From the human T2T-CHM13v2.0 reference genome, Homo sapiens: 64,000 nt of DNA. The DNA lies in NCBI RefSeq assembly GCF_009914755.1, contig NC_060940.1. The stretch is one strand, 5' to 3'. The notes under the pieces were generated by a model that searched no databases, was not told the origin of the DNA, and saw nothing but the letters and a program-made list of their open reading frames with translations. Made by a program: the position numbers and the translations under genes. Shown here piece after piece: positions 13,255 to 26,020 of the stretch; position 1 is the stretch's first letter, and each line of letters opens with the position of its first letter.

Positions 13255-13770
13255 AAATGTTTACTAGGTACCAGGCTCTTAGGTAAGTAATTCATATAAA
13301 AATGTATTTAATTCTTGTAACTCCTCCAGAAGGCAGGTATTCTTTTTCTTTTTTTTCTTTTTGAGACGGAGCCTCACTCTGTCACCCAGGATGGAGTGCA
13401 GTGGCATGATCTCAGCTCACTGCAACCTCTGCCTCCTGGGTTGAAGTGATTCTCCTGCCTCAGCCTCCTGAGTAGCTAGGATTAGAGGTGCCCACTACCA
13501 ATCCCAGGCAATTTTTGTATTTTTAGTAGAGACGGGGTTTCACCATGTTGGCCAGGCTGGTCTCAAACTCCTGACCTCAAGTGATTTGCCTGCCTCGGCC
13601 TCCCAAAGTGCTGGAATTACAGGCATGAGTCATTGAGCCTGGCCAAGGGAGGCATTCTTATTATCCCATTACAAAGCAGGGAAACTGAGTCTTCTGGGGC
13701 ATAACTTCCCTAAGGCTATACTGCTTAACAAGTGGAGAAGGGGGATTTGAACCAGCTTTTTCTAAACCAG
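13255..13770 (-). mobile_element. MIR interrupted by AluS
   Basis: TTATTATCCCATTACAAAGCAGGGAAACTGAG...GGGATTTGAACC continues across the Alu. Confidence 0.65.
13345..13644 (-). mobile_element. AluS (Sx/Sz-like), full length
   Basis: Dimeric Alu; TSD AAGGCAGGTATTCTT / AAGGGAGGCATTCTT. Confidence 0.95.
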
Positions 13771-13774
13771 CACA

Positions 13775-14201
13775 TCAGCCAGGAACCTAACATAAAAAGA
13801 CTAGCACAATCTAACTGGGTACTGTTAGGGAGAGTTTCATAAATCTACCATTTACAAAAGTGGGGCAAGGTATAGGGAAATCACTGGGGATAGTGCCACT
13901 CCCTCGGACTAGCAAGAACCAGGACTTTTTTTCATTCAGAGGTTTGAAGGTTCAGTGGAAAGAAGTGATTGCTGGAAACCTGAAGTGCTTACTAGAACCT
14001 GGGCCCCTGAGAGGAGCTGCCCTTTGGTCAGAGCCCATCCAACTCTTTTTCTCTGATCTCCTGCCTGTGCTTCCAGTCATATGAATCTAAAAAGTAGCCT
14101 AAGAGTCAAGGATATAGTCCGTATTCAGCCTAGGAAAACACAGAGCAGAGGGAGAAGTGGGGAGAGGGTACCTGCAGAAGTAAACTGTGGATATTCAACA
14201 A
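13775..14201 (-). mobile_element. LTR33-like ERVL LTR
   Basis: Recalled motifs AACTGGGTA..GGAGAGTTT, TCTGATCTCCTGCC, CACAGAGCAG. Confidence 0.6.
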
Positions 14202-14221
14202 AAGTGTGGTGGTCTCACTAA

Positions 14222-14998
14222 TGATCCAAGATGTAACAGTCTCTCATTGTCTGAGATAATGCTAGGAGTTCTTTGTCTCACGTCCAAGATGATTAAGGAG
14301 CATGGACACAAGGGTGAGTTTGGAGCAAAAGTTCAATAAGCAAAAAAGAAAGCTCTCCACTAGTGGAGAGTGGGCCCAAATGGGTTGCCTACTATGAGGC
14401 TGGGGTCTGGGGTTTTTACGGACTGGGAAGGGGAAGGAATGTGCTTAGTTTGAGGGCTGTCTTGGATAAAATGTGATTCAGCTTGGCCCCGGGACCAATC
14501 AGGATGTGAAGTGATGATTAATAGGGGCTACACAGCTTGGCCTAAGACCTTGGCCCAGGACCATTCAGGAGCTTAAGTGATGATTCATAGAGGCCAGGCT
14601 CCCAGTCCAAAAAAAAAAAAAAAGGAAAGTGCCCACTGGAGCCCTCTGTGTTCATGCCCACAAAAGGAGACAAAACATTTTCCTAGGAGCCTGCTGATTA
14701 TACAAAAGACAAAGACCAAAGACATTTCTATGTCAGGCCTGTTCCCTTATCTGAGTGAGCCAGCAGTTTGTGCATGTTTTTATCTGAGTGGGCTGGAGGT
14801 TCTCCTATCTGTGCAGCTGCGGGCATGTCTCTAGGCACAAGCCCCTGTGCTAGTTCCCTTATTGGTGCCTGCAGCTTGATTTTTACTCCAGACTGTTTTT
14901 TGTGTTATGTGGGGCTGAGGCACCAGCCCATGGGTCAAGGGCTTTCCAGGGACCCTTCCCTTGCTGTCTACCTAAAACAAGCTCACTAACTCCTCTCA
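14222..14998 (-). mobile_element. ERV1-class solo LTR (MER61/MER51-like; family uncertain)
   Basis: TG..CA ends with near 4-bp TSD CTAA/CTAG; two internal GGACCA(A/T)TCAGG..AAGTGATGATT units. Confidence 0.65.
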
Positions 14999-17900
14999 CT
15001 AGTCCTTTCATTGTGCATCTTTGGATGACCTATGTCAAGATTCTAGGGTTGTGAGCAAAAATTCAGATTTCTGAGTCTAGAGGTAATGCCTGGGAGTCTG
15101 CATGACAAGAGTCATAGAATTTTATATAAGATTGTATATAACTTCTCAGAGAAGACTTGAAGAAAGTAGCAAAAATAACCTTTAGATTTCAAAGGAGCTA
15201 TTAAGGCATGAGATGTTTAAAAATGCTCAAGCAAGAGAGACCAAGGACTAATGAATGAAACTTACAGGATGATAGGTATCTGTTTAACATAAGGAAGAAC
15301 TATTTTGTGACCTAAGCTGTCGATCTATGGATGATAATACAAGAGCTGTTTCTGTTATTAGAGGTGTTGAAGCAGTAAATGTTTGATGAGATAATAAATG
15401 TAAAATGCTTTGGAAAATGTAAATTTAAATGATGATAATGATGACAACAATGATGAGGAAGACAGCTGAAATAGTTTATTTGCAATGAAAAACTGAACTG
15501 TAAAATTTTAAAGATGTTAATAGTGAAGAAAGGGAACAACTATAAATATACTGGCAGGTATCATCCAGGTATCATACCAAGTGCTTTATGCTGCCTTATC
15601 TAATGGGATCTGCAACAACCCTGGAAGATAAATGTAAGTATCCTCAGTCACAACTGAGGAAAGAGAGGTTTGGAATAATTATGTAAAATGTAGTAAGAAC
15701 CTAAGGATTTTGGTTTCATAACCTAGATTTCTATGTCGTATGCTGTATTGCCTTTATATTGGGTAGATTGAATTGCTGAATCTCTCACACTTTAGAGTAT
15801 GGCTTCTGTTATTATCTATTCTAGTTCCAAATCAGACATTCTAAGTATTCTATATGTACTGTATGCACTGTTCTCTATTCTATTGAATACAGAACAGGTA
15901 GCCACTAGGTTATATCATTGGTTCAGTACTTGGGATGAAACCTAACCAGCAATCTTGCTCAGAGTCAATAAATAAACAGCTACAAGACATCAATTTATTA
16001 AGCTGTGTAATTCTCCTCCACAGTCTGGAATAGGATGAAGAGGTCTCAGTAAGGGTGTAGATCTTTAGGTTTGATAATGCAAAGTTCTAAAGTGTTGAGT
16101 GGAGTGTTCAGAAATATCCCCTGAGACATTGGAAGCACTGAGAGCCGTTCCTATTGTTAAATTTAGTTGCCGAACAATTCTTCTGTTTTGACCTTCTTAT
16201 TTCTCTGTGAGAAGTCAAGCCAGCAGTTCCTAGGATGAGTTCAGATTTCTGTGGAATGTGAGAGCTGAAGATTTTTTGCTTTGCTCATTTCAGCATAATC
16301 ACTGGAGAGTGATTCATTTGTATAATAAGAGAGCAACTTGAGAGGAAAATGGTCACAGCCTTTAAAGGGCAAGCTCATTTTTGTCTTGTGTTAGACTATG
16401 TCAGGAATGAAAGGCTTTTAAATTGTGACAACTGCCTGCCTCTTGCAATAGCATTCGTCACCATTATCACCTTCAGACAAGACTTGGGGTACAAATTGAA
16501 AGGCAATTGTAAGATATTTCACAAATTGACTTGAATATTGAAGATTCAATTAGACATATTGCTTTGACTTTGTTTGCATAGCTGTTGAAATGTGTGCTCC
16601 GTGAAAAGATTTCAGCTATTAAGTGCCAGAAAAAAGGAGGGAAAAATCCATGTGATGCTTTAAGCCTCTTCACTCATAGCTTTATCATCCAGCCTGTTTC
16701 TTTTATAGAAGAAAATTTTTTACACACAAATAAACATCCTGATTAATGGCTTCAGTGAACAGATTCAGCTTTTTGCATTTTTCTCTTGATTGTCCATTTT
16801 TGGTCTCAGATTCTCTACAATTTTGGAATGTCTATCTGTCTGTCTATATCACTTTTGTATATGACTTGTGTTTGTTTGCTTTTTTTTTTTTAAATCTCTC
16901 TTCAGAAAAAACTCTAGAAGTATAGAAACTGTCAATGTCATGTACACTGGATATTTGGAGATTGCCTAGCATAGTATTTGGATATTGCCTAGCATAGTGT
17001 TAAGGACTCATGGCTTGTAATTAAAATGTTGGTATCAGCCAAAGAGGGCAAAAATGTTGTCAAGATTCAGAATAGAAATACAGAGGTGGTTGGAAAGCTA
17101 GATCCTGGAGGCTGAAAAAACAATTCAAACTAGAAATGAGGTCCTCACGTCTCTGGTAGATTTCTCTGGCTAGTTTCCCAGCAGTTTGTACTTCTTCTAT
17201 TTATCTTCTTCCATGGAGGTCATGACCAGAGCAGAGCTTACTGACAGAGCCATGGCAAAGTTAGAGGACAACATGGATCATCTAGAATAGACCTTGATCT
17301 TTCCTAAGAAGGAGAATGAGGAGTTTGTCCATACATTGAATCTGACTTTCCTCAGCTCCAAACTGTGAAACCTAGATCCAACCTCAGCTAAATCATAACA
17401 TCTAATTATTCCCCAGTGCCTTGAAAACCACAACTATCTCTCTTTTAGAGCTCCACGCATTCCAATTTTCCAAATTTTATCTACTCTTAAAATATAGCTG
17501 GAACATCATCTCTAAAGACTAACTTCTCTAACCTTTAGAGCAGACAAAATCACTATTTTGTCTAAAGCTAAATTCTTTATTCTCTTATAATACTTACTAC
17601 CATTTCCTAAATAATTTATATGTTTCACAGGAATGCATTTCTCTTTGAATGCATTTCTCTTAGAATCCCCATAAGTCTCAGTGTGGTGCTAGATATATGG
17701 TAGTACATAAAAGATACTCTTCCTTGACCTAATCCTTACATATTGGAGGGATCACCTACTAGGATTTTCCAGGAAGAGAGCAAACAGTCTATCTTTCTCT
17801 TCTCAGTCTCAGTTCTTCTAGAAGCATTTCTCACTGAAGGAAGAGCATTCCAGGAAGCTTAGCACTAGGCTAAAAGTTTAGAGTTCATATAATTAACAGC

Positions 17901-20217
17901 TGATACATGAAAAAAAAATGCCAAGCTGAGAAAAATTTAAAGAAACAAAAGCATTTATTAGATCAAGATGATAAAGGTTGAATGACAGAATCACAGACCA
18001 TTTTCCTCAAGGCATTGGAAATGAGGTATTTGACCTCTGCCATTTCTGAGACTTGTGGCTGCTCAGAAAATATTTGCTGAATGAATAGTTACATATACAA
18101 GGCACTGAGAATATAAGGTACTTAGGAAGATTGATATAAATATTATCTTCAAGTTATTTAGGATAAAAAAGCCCTTTTAACCTTTGTGCTATATATGAAT
18201 TTTGTTTTGTTTTGTTTCAAATGACAAAGTTTCTGGATCCTTAATGTTCCTGTCAAACTCCTCTACACGGTCTCTAGCTATCTCTGGAAGCTGATATCAT
18301 TATTGTCACTTTCTACCTTCTCGTAAACTGTATATACAAAAACACTAGAGTCTAGTAAAATTATAGCCTCTTTCCTAAGAGTTCCGTAATGACTTGGGAT
18401 AGATACAAAATGATTTATACTACTGAGTCTCTGTGGAAACACATCACATCTCATAAGATATTTTTAACATTTTTAAGGAAGAGGCATAGGTTGTGAATCC
18501 CAAAGCAGCAACCAGTAGTGATTGGAAGGCAAAGCTATGGGTTTGCAGCAACTGTAAATTGTGTTTTAGGGATCCCAGTGGAGCCAGTAGGAAATGAAGA
18601 GGAAAAGTTAGTGTTAAAAATAAAGAGAAAATAAAATAAAAAGGCAGGTGTGATGTGTCCACTTTCAGGCCTGGCACTTTGAAAATGGACAAAAATTATT
18701 GCGGATATAAAAAAAGTAAAAAAATCTCTTGGCAAACACCACTGTAAATTTGCAATAAATAAATTCAATAATAAACATTTAAAATACAACTGTGAAAGGA
18801 ATTTAAATTATGCCTGCTCAAACTTTGGATGGCCTTCCTGATGGGAAAAAATAATTGGCCTTATTTAGAAGATCAAAAGTAATTCCAAATAAATAATTAT
18901 GCCATTGAGATTAAAGTCTTTGGAGATTATATTCTGAGATAAATTTAAAAATTCATGATGATGTAATTGATTTTTTAGAATTAATTATATATAAATGTTC
19001 TTGTTGCCCATTGATCATGTTAGTGAGGCTGCATGATTGGTTGGGCAAGATGCAAATATAAATTAAGGCTATTACTTTACCTCTGTTATTTAAAATTTTA
19101 TTTTTTACAATATACCAACTCCATGCTGTTTCCTTTATAAGAACAAAAAATGACCAGGAGGAACCAACAAGCTCAAGTAATTAGAGTTAGAGACTGGAAC
19201 TTTTGTTATATAAGTTTAATAAGAGTCTTCATTTTATCATTGGCTCATGAAGAAATCCAGTTTGGTGAACTTAATTATCCCCTCTGGTGTTTTTCCATAT
19301 TCTATGCTAAATATTAGGCTATGATGTTATATCATTGAGTGGAACTTCTAGACCATAAAAAATTACTGTAAGCCTTTCAGAATTGCAATTTCCAAAAGGG
19401 AAAAAAACATTAATAATAGAAGTATCTAACTGAAGATACTTGGTATTAAACTGGGGGTGCAAGAAATGAAAGGGTGGGTTCATGAACCTTAAATTTCCCA
19501 GTGAACATCATTGTACCTAAGTAAACCCTCCTTTCATGAGCCATTTTGTTGAGACATTAGTTTCCGTCTCTACCTTTGTAATCTCAGTTTCAGGCAACCA
19601 ATTAAAAAACCAGAAGGTTATATAACTGTTACATCAGTAACCAGGTCTGCAGATAATTATGTATTTAGAAGTATAATAAAATATGTGATTAAGGTATGTG
19701 GGCTGTGGGGTGCCACTGACTCAGATTCTTTAAAAACATCAAGGAGAATGAAGTTAATTTATTTCAACAACAGACAAGTTCATAACAGAAAAGGAATGCT
19801 GCATCTCCCTTCCTTTGATTCCTAATAACAATAAGGAAGAAAGGAAAGATTGTTATTTTGACCTAGCCAGACTTTGAGTTGGCGGGAGACATGAACTAAT
19901 CACCATCAAAGTTACAGAAAAGAACAAAATGGAGGAAGGAGAAGGAAAGGAGATGGAGAGGATTTGGAGGAAGTTCAGGTGTCACAGGGTGTATTGAAGT
20001 TTTGACAAATGGTACTGATAAGGCTTCCATATTTTGTTTATACACATATTCCCAAGTGAAAACAGGGAACGAGTAGATTAGCTTGAAGATTAAAATGAGA
20101 GGTAGTGCTCCCTTTAAGCTATATGTGTGCATAGACATATTCAGCGTGGAGACTCTGCAAGGAGAGGGTCTACAATCATCATTGAAAGTTTGATTCTTTC
20201 TGAAGTATTAATCACGA

Positions 20218-20405
20218 CAGGGCCAGGACTAGGATAAGGCAAAGAGGGGCCTGGGATGCAGATTTAAGGAGGTGCTTATTCTCAGGGTTGTACAAGTGCA
20301 AGATCAATTCTTGCAGAATCAACACCTGCACAAACTTGAGAATGAATGTCTTATTAAGTATTTTACCAGAATTGTCTCCCTTGCCTCATGCTAACTTTAA
20401 CCTTG
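20218..20405. mobile_element. MER91A-like palindromic hAT MITE
   Basis: CAGGGCCAGGACTAGGATAAGGCAA...TTGCCTCATGCTAACTTTAACCTTG imperfect inverted arms with central TGCA hairpin. Confidence 0.7.
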
Positions 20406-20784
20406 AACTGCAGTCAGACTGTTTTATTGCTTACTGTCTTTTTGACTTTGGGTAAGTTATATAATTGCTCTGATAGATCCAGAAAGATAGCAACTTGGGC
20501 TGTCAGTTACCTCCGCTCCCTGCGCAAGAGAGCTGACCTGCACATTTTCATGGCTGCCACAGGGCTTCTTTATAAGCCAATGGGCTTCTTTAGCAGCTTA
20601 CACGGATTGAATGATGCCTCAAAGAAGCCACAATTCTTTTCGTTTTTATCTAAGCTGATATTTAATTTAGGATCAAAATCCTAAAGGAGCAGAGTTAGAG
20701 AGTTTTAGGCTTTGGGGTGCTGCCAAATGCCCAGAAAGCCCCTCTGTGTACTAAGGAAATGTGATGAGGTGGTAGATGAGGGAG

Positions 20785-21010
20785 AAGACAGTGTAGTGTC
20801 AGGCTAAGTGCTCTGGTTCTGGAGTAAGCTTGTCGTGATTCAAACCTCACCTCTACCGGTTGGGCAAATAATTTAACCTCCAAGGCTCAATTTCCTTATC
20901 TAAAAAACAAAGGCAATAATCTTCACAACAAATTGATATGTATTAAGCGATTAAAAAATTGCATAAAGCGCCTACTCATGACACATAGTTGATTTTTAGT
21001 ACATATTTAT
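20785..21010 (+). mobile_element. MIR
   Basis: TTGGGCAAATAATTTAACCTCCAAGGCTCAATTTCCTTATC core. Confidence 0.65.
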
Positions 21011-21414
21011 ACAATCAAATTTAGTGACCTTTTTCTCCATATAGAATCTAAGTAATTTTGCTAGGTTTATAATAGTATTTACCTTATAAAGTTGTTGTGT
21101 AGATTAAAGACAGTAATATATGTAAATCGCCTACCACCTGCCTGCCACATAATAGGCTTTTACTAGCTGTTAGCTATTAGCATTCTTTCTTCTTGGGCAA
21201 CACTTAGGCAGTCATTTCCACAGTGACTAGCATTATGTGAATATTTAAAAGGCACCTGTTGATTTAATTTCTACCATTTCCAGTTTTTCTGTAGCTATAA
21301 TCAAATGGAAGAAACCTTGGCACAGTCTGACCATAGGAGCCATTTTGATGAAATAAGTAATCTCTTGTTGTTCAAAGATTTCCATCATTCTTTTTTTCCC
21401 TCCATGATATTATT

Positions 21415-21650
21415 TATTTTTAAAATAAATTTTACTGTATATATTTAAGGTATACAAATGATGTTATGAAAAACATGTAGTAAAAGGATTACTGTGGTGA
21501 ATCAAATTAACATATCCATCATCTCACAGTTACTCAGTTTTCCCCGTGGTGAGAGCAGCTAAAATCTCCTTTTTTAGCAAAATTCTTGAATACAATACAC
21601 TATTATTAACTATAGTCCTTATATCATGCATTATTAGATCTTTAGATTTC
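21415..21650 (-). mobile_element. L1MA-type 3' end fragment
   Basis: TATATTTAAGGTATACA..AAATTAACATATCCATCATCTCACAGTTAC..TTATTAACTATAGTC. Confidence 0.75.
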
Positions 21651-22522
21651 CATTATTATTCAAACTCTAAATTTCATAAGGAATAATACTCTTTTCCAAG
21701 GACAGATACACAAAATGGCCGGCAGTTCTGTTGCTCTTGCCTTTCCAATCCTTGAAGTAAAATCTTACAAAATACTATAGCAGAAGGAGAGTTCCTCTAC
21801 ATTTTTGCTACTTTTGATTTGGTGGAAAAGACACTTCTAGGTAAGAATCGCAATTGCAATATTTTCAACGAAAATTTTAGAAGTCTTCTCTTCAAGTGCA
21901 CTGAGTCTGGGGTGGAGTTCTAAAGAAATATAGCAAATACCCAATTGATGGAACGTGTCTCAGCCTGAGGGGAGGGTAGAATATTAGCCTGTGCTCAGTT
22001 TTATTTGTCTGCAAACCTAGGAATCATACTGAGAGATTCCATTAGCCTTCTTCCTTCTTTAGTTGTAAGGAATAGCTTAAAATTGCTTTTATAAATTAAA
22101 TGCAGAATGGGGAAGCATTTCATATTTTATTTGGATACGATTTTGAGGTTTTAATTAAATTTTAATATGTTGCTTTTTATATTATATATGAATATATTTA
22201 AATTATAATATGATTTATTATTTAAAATAATGTTTCTATAAATATGTGTAGTTCATTGAAATTCATAAAATGAAACATACGCATATGTTCATTCAACATA
22301 TATTTATGGAGATTCTACTGTTCCAAATGCAATAACAAAATAATTTCTCTCATTTTTCAAATAACTCTCTGAATTGAATGTCTATAAAATGATTGTCTTA
22401 TAGACTTTTGTGTTGATTGACTGCAACACCAGAGGTCTTTTAGTATAATCTTGACGCATTACACTAAGCTCTATTAAAGCAACCCTAATTTCTGTTGATC
22501 TGTATTCTCCTTCCATATTCTT

Positions 22523-22844
22523 TTTTTGGCTTCTAAATATATTCTTTTTTAAAACTTTTAAGTTTAAGAGTACATGTGCAGGTTTTTTATATAGGTAAAT
22601 ATGTGCCATGGGGGTTTGTTGTGCAGATTATTTAATCACTCAGGTATTAAGCCTAGTACCCATTAGTTATTTTTCCTAATCCTCTGCCTCTTCCCACACT
22701 CCATCCTCTGATAGGCCCCAGTGTGTGCTGTTCCCCTCTATGCGTCCATGTGTTCTTATCATTTAGCTCCCACTTATAAGTGAGAACATGCGGTATTTGG
22801 TTTTCTGTTCCTGCATTAGTTCATTAAAGATAATGGCCTCCAGC
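22523..22844 (-). mobile_element. Older L1PA (PA11-13-like) 3' end
   Basis: L1PA 3' UTR; TSD TCCATATTCTT at 22512-22522 and 22845-22855. Confidence 0.9.
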
Positions 22845-25236
22845 TCCATATTCTTAAGTTAAACACTTTATTTTGAAATAATTGTGAAATCACATGAAAC
22901 AATGCAGAAAGATCTTGTGTACCCTTCACTCAGCTTCCCCTGATGGTAACATCTGCAATACTGTAGTACAGTATCACAACCAGGATATTAATGTTTATAT
23001 GGCCCTATCAACACAAGGATCTTTTATGTGTTACCACACCTACTTTTCTCCTACCCCCATTCTCTCCTTAGCCTCTTATAACCACTACTCTGTTACCCAT
23101 TTTTACAATTTTGTCATTTCAAGAATGTTAATGTAGGTAGGTAATCTTTTGGGATTAGCTTTTATTGTTGTTTCATGTCACATGATTCTGTGCAAGTTTA
23201 TCTAGGTTGATATGTGCATTGATAGTTCCTTATTTTTATTGCTGAGATTATTTGTGGTCTGGATGTACACAGTTTGTTTAGTCATTCACCTGTTGAAGGA
23301 TATCTGGGTTATTTCCAGTAACTGGAATAAAAATAAATAAATAAATAAATATTTATAATAAATATTTAAATAAAGCTGCTATAAACATTTGTGTACTGGT
23401 TTTAGTGAGACATAATTTCTCATTTATTTGATATAAACACCCAGAAGTGCAATTGGTTGGCCTTATTCTAGTTGCATGTTTAGTTTTTTTTAAAGAAGTT
23501 GCCAAACGATTTTCAAGAGTGGTTGTACCATTTTACATTCCCACCATAAATTTATGAGTGATCCAGTTTCTTCACATCCTTGCCATCAGTTGATATTGTC
23601 ATTATTTTTATTTTAGTCATTTTGATAAATGTGTGGTGGTATCTTATTGTGGTTTTAATTTGAATTTTATAAAGTCTAATGATATTAAAAATCTTTTCAT
23701 GTATGTATTTGTCATCTATGTATCTTTTTTGGTAAAATATCACTTCATGTTTTTTGTTCATATCCTAATTGCGTTCTTTGATTCTTTACCATTGAGTTTT
23801 GAGAGTTCTTTATGTATTTTAGATACTTGTTCTTTGTCAGGTATGTGATTTTGTAGTTTGTGTAGTTTTAACTTGTGCAGCTTGTTTTTTTATCCATTCA
23901 ACAGGGTATATCACAGGTTTTTAATTTTGATAAAGAAGTCTAATTTATTGAATTTTCTATTCATGGATGGTGCTCATGGTGTCAAGTATAAGAACTCTCT
24001 CTTTGCCTAGCCTTCGATCCTGAAGATTTAAGATTTTCTTCTGTTTCTTTTCTTTTTCCAAAAGTTTTATAGTTTTACATTTTACATCAAACTCTATGAT
24101 CCATTTTTATTTTTTTCGTGTGGTTGAGATTCTGTCTTTTACCTGTGGGTATTCAATTACTCTAACACCATTTGTTGAAAAGGGTAACTTTCTTTCATTA
24201 AAATACTTTTTCATGCTTGTCAGATATTAGTCAGGCATATTTATGTGGGTCTACTTCTGCTTTTGCATTCTGTTTCATTGATCTATTTGTCTACTGTCTG
24301 CTACACCACATAGTCTTAATTACTGTAACTTTATGATATGTATCAAAATCAGGTAGAACTTTTCCCAATGTATTCTTCTTTTTGGAAATTGTATAGCTAT
24401 TGTAATGTATTTGCCATTACATATAAATTTTAAAGTAATCTTATATGTACCTAAAAAATCATACTGGGATTTTGAGAGAAATTGCATCAAACCTGTATAT
24501 AAGTTTAGGGAGAAATGACATACTTACCATATTGAATCTTCCAATCAATGAATATAGTATGTCTTTCCTTTTATATAGATCTTTGATTATATTATTTTTG
24601 GCATATAAGTCTTGTATACGTTTAGTTTAATTTGTATTAGAAATGTTATTTTTTGATCAATCATAAATGGTATTATATTGTTAACTTTGAGGCTTTGAAT
24701 TTATTGCTAGAATACAGAAATGCACTTTATTTCTTCTATTTCCCTTTCTTGCTGTAGCACTGGCTAGAACCTCCAGGAAATATGCTTGCCCCACTCCCAC
24801 CGTTTTTTTTTTTTTTTTTTTTTTTTTTTTGGCTTAGGCGGGAAGCACTCAGTCTTTCTCCACTGAGTATAATGTTAGCTATAGGTTGTTTAATGTGCCC
24901 ATTATTGGGCTGAGGAATTGAGAAAATTTCTTTCTATTCCTTTTTTTGGGGTTTCTATTATAAATGGTTATTTATGCTTTTTATGCATTGATTGATACAA
25001 TCATATGATTTTTCTTATTTAGAATGATAATACGGTGGATTACATTGATTAATTTTTAAATATTAAGACAGTCTTTCTTTCTAGGAATAAACCCCACTTG
25101 GTTATGGTGTATAATTCTTTTTATGTATTGTTGAATCATATTTGTTAATATTTTAAAGAACTTTTGTATCTATATTTATGAATAATATTGGCCTGTAATT
25201 TTATTTTTCTGTACTGTGTTTCTCTGGTTTTGGTAT

Positions 25237-26020
25237 TGATATGGTTTGGGTTTGTGTCCCTGCCCAAATCTCATGTCGAATTGTAATTCCTAATGTTGGG
25301 ATGAGGGACCTGGAGAGAGGTGTTTTATTTTTTTTGAGAAATATTTTGAGTTTATATTTTGTGAGAAATTGGTTTATTTATTTTAAGTTGTCAAATTTAT
25401 GTAGAGTTGTCTGTAGTATTTCTTATTATCCTTTTAATATCTGTACTTTCTACAGTGATGTCCATATTTTATTCCCAATATCAGTAATTTGTGTCTTCTC
25501 TCTTCTTTCTTTGTTAGGTTTGATAGAGTTTTCTCAATTTTTAAAATATTTTCAAAGCACTGGCTCTTTGTGTTATTAATTTTGTCATTTTCATGTTTTA
25601 ATCATGTTTCATGGATTATGGGGGCAGACTTCCTCACTGCTGTTCTTATGATAGTGAGTGAGTTTTCATGAGAACTGGTTGTTTAAAAGTGTGTAGCACC
25701 TTCCCCTTTCCTCTCTTTTTCCTCTGGTCATGTAAGATGTGCCTGCTACCCTTCACCTTCTGCCATAATTCTAAGTTTCCTGAGGCTTCCCTAGCCATGC
25801 TTCCTGTACAGCCTTCAGAACTGTGAATTAATTAAACTTTTTTAAAAATGAATTACTCAATGTCAGGTAGTTATTTATAGCAATGTGACAGTGGACTAGT
25901 CCCTCCTTAGCTGTGCTTCCTGTATGGCCTGAAGAACTGTGAGCCAATTAAACCTCTTTTCTTTATAAATTACCCAGCCTCAGGTAGTTCTTTATAGGAT
26001 TGGGAGAACTGACTAATACA
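25237..26020 (+). mobile_element. MSTA-like MaLR LTR with internal templated insertion and duplicated 3' end
   Basis: TGATATGGTTTGG start, GACTAATACA end, TSD GGTAT/AGTAT. Confidence 0.9.
25349..25601 (+). repeat. 253-bp direct copy of 26259-26511 inserted in the MSTA LTR
   Basis: Ungapped, offset 910 bp, about 13 mismatches by hand count. Confidence 0.95.

Noticed and set aside
21701-21840. Plus-strand exon-like segment ending TAG|GTAAGA
   Set aside because: Stops in all frames, weak acceptor and no independent support.
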